A program made the translations under genes and the position numbers. Below, in pieces: positions 1-13,200 of a stretch of 64,000 nucleotides of DNA (positions are counted from its first letter, which is position 1; the number at the start of each line of letters is the position of its first letter). Origin of the DNA: Raillietiella orientalis (taxonomy: Eukaryota); the NCBI GenBank assembly GCA_036172245.1, contig JAYWIR010000014.1, positions 3,906,001 through 3,970,000 of the forward strand, given 5' to 3'. The notes beneath the pieces were generated by a model. That model saw only the letters and a program-made list of their open reading frames with translations. It had not been told where the DNA came from and did no database searches.

Positions 1-1171
1 GGTCGAACTTTCTTGTACAAAGCTTGGAGCCTATAATCCGTCTTACATTAGCTAAAGGCGTGATTACTCTTCATGTTTCATATGCATGTACACCACAGTT
101 TGAGGACAGTCAGTTGCTCCGCTACCAAGCAGAAGTCGGAACAAGTTTGAATATATTCCAAAGTTTTGATTTGAAGGAAACTTGTTCCATTTTTCACATA
201 TGGCCAGCGGCTGTTTGAAAACTTGAATTTCAAATCGGGTTTTGCTGCCCGGTGTATTTAGGGATTTTGAGGAATAGTGGATTTTGATGAGAACCATTAG
301 GAACTGTCGAAATTGGTACGCAGATAATAGCAGGGGAGTAAAAGGTTAACTCCCGCACAAAGTGTATTCATTTGCGTTGTATATACGAGAGCGATTGCAG
401 ACGCTACCGACATATCCCAAATAGGAATGAGTGCAAATGCAAAAAGTTAATGGCATTTTAGCAAAACAATTACAGGCACACAAAATTACGTTTTTTTTTT
501 TTTTAAATTGTAGTTTTATATTGCCTAAATCACTGTTGACTCTAATGAAATCTTGTGAAAAAAGTTCACAACAAACTTATAAGCTTTCATGATTTCAGGA
601 AAACTTTCCAAAATATTCGAAATTAGCTCTGTCCATAAAATCTGACAATCCCTTTGACCTTCCAAATATCGAGATAATTGCCAAATGCTGAGCCAGATTT
701 GTGTTTCAGTGAACAGAAGGTCAACCGAAAAATCCGAAGACGTGTACATAGTAAATTATTATGTATTGGTTTTGTTAACGCCAATTTCGTTGAGAGTTAT
801 CAGTTTAGCCGTTTTCATTTCAAGGGTGTAATCTCAATCTTATGCAAAGAAGTGTGAACCCTGGGCTGCTTGTAGGTTGCTTCTAGGGTGTTTTTGAGAT
901 CACCTCAAAAGATCACAGCCCTACGTGCCTGCCTAAGATCTCAGTAACTTGGAATTCGAATCGCATCTCGTTAAAGTCGTCTCGTGAGCATTCAATCTGT
1001 AAGCCGCAGATCCATCCTCCGTGGTGCAAGTGCGGTTCTCTTGAAATAAAATAACGGATATAAACATTCGAAGCACATCGTTACGTTGTAAATGTTCGAA
1101 GTTGGATGTTTAACCGTTTATTTTCCCTCCCGAGGTGCAATTCGTTCCGTGTTTCGTAGTGTTCGTGGTGT

Positions 1172-1177
1172 TCAGTC
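1172..1177 (+). promoter_or_regulatory. Candidate initiator (TCAGTC) in a CpG-rich region upstream of Patronin
   Basis: Matches the insect Inr consensus TCAKTY, about 20 nt before an ATG in strong context (ACCATGG, 1197). CpGs look denser at about 950-1350 than in the gene body. The motif is short, so this is weak on its own. Confidence 0.3.
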
Positions 1178-1196
1178 AGAGAAACACAAAAGTACC

Positions 1197-1220
1197 ATGG
1201 ATGCAGGCGTTTCCGAGCTT
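1197..1220 (+). CDS. Candidate first coding exon of Patronin (MDAGVSEL)
   Basis: ATG in ACCATGG, followed by GT at 1221 in phase 0, which joins in frame to the AKERAS exon at 4211. Resembles the short MD..E. N-terminus recalled for insect Patronins. The donor (GTTTTT) is weak. Confidence 0.4.
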
Positions 1221-4210
1221 GTTTTTGGTTTCGAAATTTGTAGGAACATGATCTATAAGGAACGCTTAGACATGAAGAGATAACCCCTTTAGTCTTGGAG
1301 CTCGAAGATCATTTCTTTCATTTCTTTCCGAACGTGTACTTATTTCCTGTATTTCGTGGCGTTGTCATTTTTTTCTTCAATGCCTTTGCTTTCCTAGGGT
1401 TTAATAGTTTTTATCGAGTCCTAAGTTGATGTTAGCAAATATGTGCTTCCATAGTCGGATTCCTCGTGTGTCAGATATTTTTATTTGCTGTGCATTTATT
1501 TCGTTCGTATGGCATATATTTTTTTACCCCCCCCCCCATTGTGTGTAATGTTTGGCCAATGTTTTCAGCTTAATTAACAGTTATGTGTTCTCTGTAGAAC
1601 GAAAACTCTTTTGCTTCCCACCGTGGGTTTTTCAAATTTCTCGAAAGAGTAGCTTTCTGAGGTAACGTGAAATGGGCAAAATATGTTGCTTTCCACTTGC
1701 ATTTTCTAAAAGCAAAGGACTTTGAAAAGGACCATCAGGAAGCTCTTTTTTTTTTTTTTTTTTTTAAGGTAACCAGAATGTAAAGAAATACATTTCAAAC
1801 GAGGATGTGACCATTGTGGGGAGTTTTCGAGACTGGGGCTCCCTAAATTCCCTTCGCATTGGAAAGCAAAACATTCATAATCGTACTTCCAACCAGTAAA
1901 ATTAACAAAAAACAAAAACAAAAACAAATTGACCTCGTTCTGTTCGTAAATAATTTCAGGGAGAAGTGTGCGAAGCACTGTGTTTTTTTTGTTTTGTTTT
2001 GTTTCCCGGAAAGGGCATCATTTTGAGTCGAATTATGGCACATGTATGTAACATAATCCGGGATCAGTGTACGTCCCCCCCTCCAAACTTACAGTTCATT
2101 GCCCTTATCTTTGAAATATATATATGTACGTCCATGCACATAAGCTATTGAAAAGTACCTCTGGAGATAGTCGCTCTCATGAAAATTATTCCATTTTTTG
2201 CCAGGGAAAAGGTGTATGCAAATTAGCTGTGGTTATCATTGTTTAATCATCGTCGGGAATGCGTTCACCCATTTAATTTTGTTGGTCGTATTACGAAATC
2301 TGGAATCTTGATGATAGAATATTCAGCTGCTGTGTAGTGGTGTCTGTTGCTAATTTCCATCATAGAAAAGTAGTTTATTTCTTGTTTGTTTATACTATAT
2401 CACTCGATATTTAATCATCAAAAACTGCAATTGTATTTGGGAGGAATGAATACGAAATGCTCGTAAAATAGTGGAAGAAGACGTACTCTTTGAAATGTCT
2501 GTGTCGAAATGATTTTCCATTCGGATCCGAAACATCTGGAACTTTCTGGTTCTCTTTCAGAGTCGTCAAAACTGCTTGGAACAAACCTTTCTTTACCTTC
2601 TGTTCAGCGATTGCACGGCTATTAAGGATCTTTCGGACCAGAATTTCTTCTACTGTTTGTTGTTTTGTCATCATATTCGAATCATTAATCGTAATGATTT
2701 CATTTCCTTAGGTGTTCCGTGCCTTGAAAAGCATGTTTTAAGAAGATATATCATTTGCCGTCGCCGGGTGTGCTATATGGAACACAAAACGACTCAATTG
2801 AACATTTTTTACGATTAAAAAAAAGAAAAGAAAAGCTCATTTAATTGCCATCTAATTTCATGATCAGAGCCTGGCAGAGATGATAGCGAAGGGAACCGAC
2901 GTAGAATTGGGGATCCAAGCATATGCATAAAAATTAAGAAAGAATAGATCGTAACTTTAATGGACATTCCGAACATTGGATGTCATATATGAAACTATGT
3001 ACCTCATAGAACGATAAAATAGTGAACGAATTTGATACATTAAATGTGAAACTACTGCCTTTTCATGCAAAGCATTCTGTGGAATCAAATTAAATGATCC
3101 CAAAGCGCCTTTTTAAAAATTTTGCCCCTTGGATCCCGTTAATACTATTCCTGATTGATAATCCCTACTACCAATGAATTTCCATTTGCCTGATACCCCA
3201 GTTTAGAAATGCGTGTTCAAATAAAGTACCAGCTATCACTTTAATTTACATTTTTGAGGTTCCTCTTACAAATAGAAATATCTGAGGTAATCGTGTTGGG
3301 TGATTTTCATTAGGGAATAAAAACGTGTTTGTCTTAGTATTATGCTGAAAGAAATGGTCCTTAGCCTTGAAAATAAGTCTTTTATTTACTGATTTAAAGG
3401 GTTCCACTTCTGTATGCAAATAAAAAGATGTATTTTGTCTCATGCTTTAATAATATAATTTTTTTATTTCTGGGTGTTTACAATACTTTTTTTTACTGGT
3501 AAACAAGACCCCATATTTAAAATGCAGTTTGTTTTTGTTCCATTACATACCCAGTCTTCTACTAATGTGTGAAATCAGATTGTAGGAAGGGAATACAGAA
3601 ATAAAACAATTTTTCTGGGGGTACTACAAGCAGCCCTGAATGTATTTTGCTTTATTGCCATATTAGAGCTTACTAGTATCATCCTACAGCACTTATTTGT
3701 GACTCTTAAGAAGGATATTAAGGTTGACACGATATAAATGCTTACAATTCCCTTTTTGAATTTTCATGTGTACTTTAGCTGTTGATCTGGATAAAGTGTA
3801 TAAAAATGAATATGTACAACTGTTGATGCATTTGGATTTCAATAGCACTTTAAATCTTTGCCATTAATGTTCTTGAAGAATTCAAGCCTACATAAATGAT
3901 GCATCGCAATGAGTTTTGAACAATAATTTGATTTAATCCTCTATATTAGTGTGAAAATGAGTTTCTTTATTTTCCCATTTCATGCATTTGTAAGGCATAA
4001 TACTGGTTTCATGTTAGCAAGTATTTCCAAAAGTGTGTGTTTTTGATGTTCTGGTCCAAAAACCTGCCAAATTCATTTCTTAATAAATGACTTTTTGCTT
4101 ATTTGCCACTTGTCATTTGTCTTATTTTTGAGATTTTTGTATGAATTTTAAGTAGGATGCATTTATTATTTACTGTTTGAGGTTCTTTTTATTTTAAATG
4201 ATTATATTAG

Positions 4211-7200
4211 GCCAAAGAAAGAGCTTCCATTTTATGGTTGTTATCCTCTGCCTACAGTGAGACATCAGCAGAATGCAAGGAGCCCTATTATAAGGATTTC
4301 GATGTAAGCATATTTTTAACATCACTTTTCATTAAGTACTGCTTTTCTATTTATTAAATTTGATCATCTATAAAGGGTCTCTAAATTTTTATATTTTAGT
4401 TGCATAAGCAAGTTCTAAAACACTTACATAAATTTAAAACTGGATTGTAGATGATTTTGGGTGGGAAAGTTTGCAAAGATGGTCTCAAATTTTTTGTTTT
4501 CCAGAATGTAGAACACCTTAGGCCTCATGTTATTCATGGATTAGCAACTGCTGAATTATACTGCTTAACACTTGCAAATTTGTATGCTGATCCTAATTAC
4601 CATAATCTGGATCATCATGGTGTCATGCAAGCTATTACAAGAAAGGGAATCACAATTAAGAAACCAAAGGATACAGTGTTGACAGAAACGGTTCTTATAC
4701 AAACTACTCCATTAAAAATGGTATGTTAAAGTCTAGCAAAGAATTGTGATGCATCTGATGCAAAAAAAAAAAAAAAGGCTATAAAAATCTAGATTCTCTT
4801 GTACTCATCTTATTTAGAGATGTTTTTGTGTATTATTGGTGATCTAATGTTCATCAAAATTTAATACGAGAATGACTCAAGATTTGAATGCTTGTTTATT
4901 ATTACTGCAGCAATTCAGTGATCACACACATACCCACAAACTTTTGCATTGCCCCTTTTTTGACGTAAGATTTAAGCACGTTTAAATATTTTGCATTTAT
5001 AATACAGCTTATATTATATATCATATATGTTTGAATAAATGTTTCCGTAGCCCAAATTTTAATGCCAACTTAACTAATTTTAGATTATGTATTGGTAAAT
5101 AAAGACAACTGTTGATGCACACAGTACCAGCCTTTGAGCATCATTAAAACATTCATACTGATGTAATTCTTCCACATTGAACATTTTGTGCTTCCTTTTA
5201 ATCCGTTTCATTCCAATGAGTTGTGTTATTTTTGAAAAAAAATATGAATAAACCATGGTAATCAGTCCAGTTAAATTTAGACTGCATACACCCAGGGTAT
5301 TTTGTAACATGTTTTTGTGATCTGTGAATTCTAATTTTGTGCACATTGAATGTGAAGATGTTTACTATGTTCCCATGTTTCCAAAATTTGTGTGTATGCA
5401 TCTATAATATCGTGATAGCCAATTTTCTAATGAATTCAGGTTTTTTCATTGTACATTTTATTGACCTGCAAATAGATGTATATGTCATTAAAGTTGATTT
5501 CGATCTTTATGTGTGTGTGTATGTGTATGTATTTGTGTATATATGCATGCATTTGTTTTTCAGAATGCGCATATGGTTATAATAGAAGCATTATTAGCCT
5601 TGCATGTAAAAGAAACTGTATCTTCAGATAAGATTATATCATCAATTCAGAGGTTTTCTAGTGTTTCAGTCAGTGAAATACCTGCTGATCCTGAGCAGGC
5701 ACTTATGCTCTGGATTAGTAAATCTGCAGAAAAACTTTTGAAGGAAATTGAAGAAGAAATGGAAAACAATCCAGAGGTAAATATAAACACAATGTATAAA
5801 ATGCAAGTTTTATTTTGCTCCTGTCCCAATGGAAAAGTAGTTAACCTTTTCTTCATGTATAATGATGTAAATTATTACTTACGTTAAGTATTCCTGTAAT
5901 TTTTCAATTTTCTTTCATTATTTGATGGCATCATACATCTTTCATACATGTTTTACTTTACTTTAGAACAAATTTAAAAAAAATCGACCCTTAAGAAGAT
6001 GTTCACAATCTTGGGGGATTATCAAAAAAAAGGTATTGGGTATATGTTTCTCTCAGATTTGTGTAGGATTTCAGTAGGTCTTGTGATACTGTTTCTGCAT
6101 GTTTGTAAAGTGTACCTTTTCAACAGTAATTTCGTGTTTGATTTTTTGGTTTTTGTCTCTGAGAAATTTAAATTAAATTTTTTTTTTTTGCCTTGCAGGT
6201 AGAGTCATTCAAAGTGCCAAATTTTGTGGTTGCTCAAAATCTATCCGATTTGGCTGATGGACGATTAATTTGTGCTACTTTGTCCCTATATTGTCCACTT
6301 GAGATTGATTGGTCTAATATTCATCTTGAACTCCCAATCAGTCTTGCAGAGTCAGCACAAAATTTGCATCTGGTTCAAAATTTTTCATTATTTTGTCTCC
6401 CTCGCAACATTTTTCATTTAGCAGTAGAAGATATTTTATGTATGCACAGGTAATATTTATATTTAGTTCATGTTTCATTCAATGATATTTCAGTTTCTTA
6501 AAGCAGAATGTGATAGTTTTCCTAGCAGATTTGTATTACCACCTGGAAGTTCATCCTGCAAAGTGTGTTCAAATTCCAGATAAACGGAATGCAATTTTGG
6601 AAGGTATTTTTGAAAAATCCATTCATAATTTTATTTTTTGTATTTAGTCTCATTGAATTTTGTTTTGAACAAAATATTAATGAGATTTCTGGCCCCACTG
6701 TAACACTAGTATAAAATGCATGTGTAAGTTTGTGTAATGCATTCATTTATAGCTTTTACAATCTGAAATGTGTGTTGTCAGATGCATTCAGAAATCACGC
6801 ATTTGTTATTCATTATTTGTTAAAATGATTTTTTGCAATTAGTCCTGAAGTGGAAAAAAGAATCATGTCCACAGAAAAATTTTAAATGCAAAAAAATCGT
6901 TCCTATTCCCGATTTAAGAAATTCATTGAATGCACCTAGCGATCAGGTAAGTTAATCCAATGACCTTCCAATTAACTTTGTTTTAAGTCTTATAGATATG
7001 GAACGGATAAAGCTAGAGAACTTTCCAAAAGAGCTTCTTTGAGTTCAGTTAATGAAGGTAGATTATTTGCTTCAAAAATACTTTGATCTAAATAGTAAAC
7101 CTTAAAATAATTGTAATATTGACTATTGTAATCGTTGTATTGAATTCTCACAATAAGAGTGCCAATGATTCTGAATGCAAAAGCATTTAAGTAATCAATT

Positions 7201-10200
7201 AACTGAAATTAATATAAAAAAATTGATATGCAGCTCAACATAAACCTTGGGTGAACAAGTTGGGCGATTTGGGCTTTAGAAATATTAAAAGCAAGTTTTC
7301 TTGCAACTTAATAAGAATAACAATCTGAATGTTGCGTTTTCACAAAAATTCATTTATGAACCATTGTGCAGTACACTGCAATTTTTGTATGCTTCATTTC
7401 TTTTTCTGTTTTCTATTTGGTCACTGAGTTTCAGCACGTAGGTTTTAATTAGTCACAGATGTAATTTAGATTTTAAAAAGGTAATGTAATGTTATGGCTG
7501 TGATTAACAATTACAAATGTTAATATTTAAACCAGGAATCTAACCAAATAGTATGTTTTTTTAAGTTTTGAGGGGATCCTTGCTTTATCAAATAAAAACT
7601 TCAGTTTTTGTCGTAGTGTTTTATGTTTACAACTATTTTTTATTTAGATCAAGTTTCGTTGTGAGCGATTTGAATTTTTAATTCTGTCTTTATTAGATTT
7701 TTAAATAAGCAGCATTATGGTAATTACTTTATGAATTTTAGCGTAAAATCCCGAAATAAATTGTTCGCATATATATGCATGTTTTATTTCAGTCCGAATG
7801 GTCGATTTCTTCATTGGTTACTAAAAAATTATTTTACTTGAGATTTGTTCGTTTTCTCATCGACTTCGATCAAGTTCCACAGACCATCAAAACTGTTCCA
7901 AGTACTAGGTCAATTGCTTTCTAAACAGACATTAATTCTTCCCTTTTCAACCGTAAAAACCGTTCAAGAATGTATAATTGTTTTAGGTATTTACGTTTTT
8001 TAAATTATTTTGATGCTCATTTTCTTTTTGCTGTCATTAATTTTATCATCCTCAAGAATCGAGTCCATTTGACGATTAGGGTGTCTTTGGTTTATATGTT
8101 ACTATCAAATGTACCATTAAAAAAATATCTGTTTTCTGATTTTGTAGATAGTTACTACATTATTTAAGTAGAAATGGGTAATCATGGTTCACTGCATGAA
8201 TGGCGTGACAGAAAATGTCAGTTGATGGGTTCCACGAATGTTTTTGTTTTTAGTCAGTGGTGAGAATGGTATTCTTTGCTTGTTTCATCATGTATAAATT
8301 TTGAGTATGGAATTCTTTTCTCTTATGCTAATGCATGAAAACGTTTTCTTCCCCCTCAGTTGGCAATATTCCAAGAGTATGAAGCAATAGACTACTTTAA
8401 TATAACAAGTAAAACAATCAAAAATCATTGATATTAGTCTTTTCTTTAGTGATTGATTTAGCCTAGGAGAAGTTAAGAGTTTAATTCTGTGTCTAGGATT
8501 TCCTGGATGTACCATGCAATTCTGCCCTGAGATTCTTGTTATTTCAACTTTGATTCTTGCTGCTTGTGATCTGAATGCATCTTAATTTTGTTTTTCCAGT
8601 GGTTCCTCCACTTGCTGATTAGTAGGTATAATTTGCATTTTTTCTTATTTCAGATGCAAATCTTTCACAGAGGAGGATAGAGACCGGAATTGATGTTGAG
8701 ACAATCCCCAAAAATCAATTGGATAACAATCTATACCAGTAGTGAAGTTAATCTCGTACTGTTATCTTTTTTGCTCAGTTTGATTTTTATTACAGGTTGA
8801 ACAAAGAATCTCATGTAAAATATGTTCAAGAACCTAAAAAGCTTGCATCTGTGAACCAGTTGATCAAAGATCATCCCTCAAAATTGCAGAGAAGCAGCAG
8901 TGTGACAGTGAATAGTTATGCAAAAAATATGGAAGTAGAAACTGCTTCCAGGGTGGCAGAGAATGTTTTTTTACCTGTCAGTACTGCAGGAAAACCATCG
9001 TCCTATGATGATGAGAAAAAAATGGGAAAACGATCAAGAAAAAATTCCTTTACTGATGATTCTCAATTAACAATAGAAAATTTTGGTGGTAGTCAAGAAA
9101 ATCTACATCATTTCAGTAAGAATCCTGACAAAGAACAGTTTTACATTAGTGGTCGGATACCAAATGTAAGAGAATGTAAATTCTACCAAGAAGGCTTACA
9201 AAGTGCACCCGATGGAAAATTTCATGATAAGAATTTCACATCAGTACCTGAAAACAATTATCAGAAAACGTCAGCATTGCAATGTCAATCAAAACTACAT
9301 GAAGAACAGTCCGAAAAATCAGTCAATTTTGCAGATATGTCAATGCTTAAAAAGAACCTTTGCCCTGGAATTAATATCATTTATATTCCCCAAGCGAAAA
9401 ACTCTTACAATAAGGAAGATAAAATTTCAGAAGTTCCCAAGGAAGTGAATACTACAACTTGGAAGCAACAATGCATTCAAGGTGAAGTTATTTGAGAGAT
9501 ATTTCTATATTTTTTATGTGTTTTTGGGTAAGCTATTTGGTTTTTTGTGCAAACAAACCCTTTGAAGTAGTGAACACTGTTTTTGCCTTTGTTTATTTGC
9601 ATGTATAGATAGATAGACATGGTGCCTTTGGGAGCATCAGATCATCAGCCCAAACAAAAACAATTTTTAAAGATTTCATTCTCGTGTTTTCATGATGCAA
9701 ATTGATTTATGGGTTAGTCCATTAATGAATTTGAGCAAGTTGTGGCTTGCATGGGTTATTCCATTAATTTGAACGTTTGCACCTTTGTCTTGTCAAAATT
9801 TGTCAGTCACCCTGTCAGTGGTATTCTGTGATACAAAGCAAACAGAGCTAACTAAAAAGTATTTGTGATTTTCTTTTCTTATTTCCAATTAGTTTTTCAA
9901 GGAAACATTCGGAATTCTTTTAAAGAAGTAATTTATTGAAAAAGACCTAAATTAAGTCCGAATCACAATGTGAAAGTAGCCAAAAGAAATACTTCGATAA
10001 AATGAAATGTTTACAGTTCGTTTATGAAGTAGAATCAAAAATGGTTTAATCAATTCATTATAACTATATGTGTTGTATCACATAGTCGAAGTAACTGAAT
10101 AATTAGTTTCGTAAAAATCTTTCTGCATGTTTTGCTAAGTATGTAAGCAATGCCCTTTCTGTTTGTCAACATGCATGCGTAATGTGTCGTTTATGAATTC

Positions 10201-13200
10201 TTCAAAGTAATAAGATTGATTTGAATTAAAGTTCAAAGCAGCATCACATATATATCTTGAATTGAAATAATTGCTTATTGTAATTTTTTGTTCCTCTGTA
10301 ACCATTTTAATAGTTAATTTTAATAATCAAGGGATTGAAAGCAGAACAAGTTTACATTGTTGGTGGACAATATCTTTTGTGAATGTCTTAGGTTTCCATT
10401 TGTTTGCCACCATTTCAGCATTTTCAGATGCTCTAAGGAGATAACTTTATTTGATCTGTTTTAACAAAGAACTTTTATTTGATAACTGTATTTGAACGTC
10501 ATTTTGTTGTGTTTTGTTGATTATGATCAATGTTTATGTTGATAATTGGGTTCTTAAAAGAAATTGTTTAAGTTTGCCATCTTGGAATAAGAAATTTATT
10601 TTGTATTGCAGGTGTTTCCTTGGAGGAAAAAGCTGCTGTAAAATCTGCTCCAAGTATTGATTTAAAGCAGATTCATTTACAGTTGGAAGAAAAAAGGAAA
10701 ATTATAGAAGGTGATAGGAGAAATGCAGAATCGGTTGATGCCTATCAAAGAAGAAATAGAAGCACAGCAGCCTTTATTGAAGCATTTAATAAGGTTTCCA
10801 TTCCTTCAATTCTCACAATTAGTATCAATTGCTACATGTATTTCTTTTTCGTTTTTATACATTATCCATTTTTTAAGTGTCTTCAAATATTAACGTCATT
10901 TTTTACATAAACGAACATGCACGCACATGTTTAGAATAAGTATATATGGCAATGTTTTCGACCACTTCTTCTATTTCTGGTGTTTTGGCTAGTAATCCTT
11001 ATTTTCCAACACCTTTGCCATGTGCATGCAGTCTTTGCAGCTATGTTTTCACATTAGCCAATGAAGAACATTTTGCATTTTATCATCATAGATACAGAAG
11101 AGAAGCATTGTTTAGTCAATAAATGAACGTATATTTGCAGTGTGCTAAATTTTCATTCATATTATCAGTTGATTGGTAGCATGTGCATTTCTATTTTTCA
11201 TAAATGGTATTTATCATCAGGAAATCCCAGAAAGTCAAAGGTATGCCCGTCCTAAGTGGAATATTCGTGGTTTATCTCATGATAAAACCCATCCTGATTC
11301 AGTAATGGATTTTCTGCAACCAAGTCCTACTATCAGGTAGGAAAATCATGTTTGCAACACATATTCAGATTTTGTTTTACTTTGATAGAAGATCAGAAAG
11401 CCTGAAAGATTTTGCAGTGGAAGCTAAATTACAAGAATCCTTCAAACAAAATCCTTATTCAAATAAAAACACTGGTAGATATTTTTGCCAATATTTTTTC
11501 AGTTTAGCATTTGTGTTAGCAATTTTTGTTATGTTATGGAAACAAACTTAAGGCTTAACACAATATTGTCGATCTGTAAGAAATGATTGGTGATAAATGA
11601 TCGTACTTCCAGTTTTGTACCCCCCCTTTTTTTTTGTTGTTGAAGATTCGTCTGAACATCAGTGCACTGATTCCATTAACTTTTTGTTTCACAAGAAAAA
11701 ATTATCATTTTTCGACACAGATTTTATTTGTGCTGGATGTTTGTGTCACTGAAGCTGTATAAAGACTTAATAAGTTTTACAAATTTCGTCACAGTCTAAG
11801 ATTTTGCGGTTTTCCATTAATTTGTTTTTACTGATATATTAAGGAAATTTTAGTTTCAGTACGTAATTTTCTTCTCACTCTGCCTTGTTTTTTTATTGAT
11901 GCAATGCTTGCCTGCTCTATGTTAAAGTTTGATTCACATCCAGCTTCTCTGTGGAAATGAAAGTTTTTTTTTTGCTGTTCTTGCACAGACATTCGGAGTA
12001 AATTACGAAAACAAATACTTTTTCTGCAGTAAAATTCAAATAGCCAACATTTGTTATTAATTGTTACCCAAATTCTACAATGATAATAGCCTAGAATTTG
12101 ACAAACTAACTTGTATATATACCAAATGTAAACTTGATGCAAAGTTATAGTATTTTTTTTTCTTTTAATGGAGAAATTTATTTATATTCAATTTATATAT
12201 GTGCCAATGGTATAGTGTGCTATATTGGTTTCTAATTTTTTTTCTCCATTTAGCTTGTAATGGTGTAGGACATTTTTTTCTGCATGATAAGTTGGCAACA
12301 CAACATAACCAGCACAGGCAGTGGCCACACACAAACCCATCTTCCTTGAGAACATATAGCCAAAGGGATCCAACCAATACTGGCAAAAGGTAGATGGAAA
12401 TGTAAATTGTTGAGGAAAATTTCATGAAATACCAATTTATTATTTTTAATTTTTGCTTTATTATTAGTAATCTGCTGTTTTTTCATGCAGTTTTCAATGT
12501 TTGCAGGGTCTCAAAGAATTCTTTTCATCATCCGAAAGAAAACTTGAATACAGTTGAAGTCAGAACCAAAAATTTTTCCAGTTCATTAGAAGAACTATCC
12601 TCTATTACTAATGGTGTAGCGGAAAAAAATTTGATTCACGTCAAGGTGCAAACCCCATCTGAAGTAGATATGGAGCCTCAGAATATATCATTCATTGGAA
12701 ATAATGAGGAAAACACAAAGAGTTTATTGGATAGTTTACAGCTTTCATCGGGTTCACGGACGTATCGAGTTCCAAACCCTGAACATTCATCTCCTCAGCC
12801 CTCGTTTCTAGAAAGTTCTTTGTGTGATCATGGAAATGAATCATTAGATACTCATAGTATTCGAACAGATAAGCTTAAAGAAGGAGTTGATTCCAATAAA
12901 GGTTTCTTTATTTCCTTTGATGAAACTCCGAGGAAAAGCAAGTTTTCGAAAACTAAGCATCAGAGTGTCAAAGAACCGCCATTTGTTTCCAAACAAGATA
13001 AAATAGAAGGAAAGGTAAGAAAACATTACCATGATGTGAGAGATCTACGCTGTTTATATTAGCCATCTAACGACAGTAGGGGTATAACCAAATCAGCAAG
13101 GCCTTGTGATGAATTCGACAGCACAGACTTTTCTAGCAATAAGAAAGTAACTAATACAAGTCACCCTAGTAATCAGAATAGCGTGGGGTTAATAGTTGGC

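Noticed and set aside
24..749. Short ORFs at the window start
   Set aside because: No recognisable motifs or consistent exon chain.
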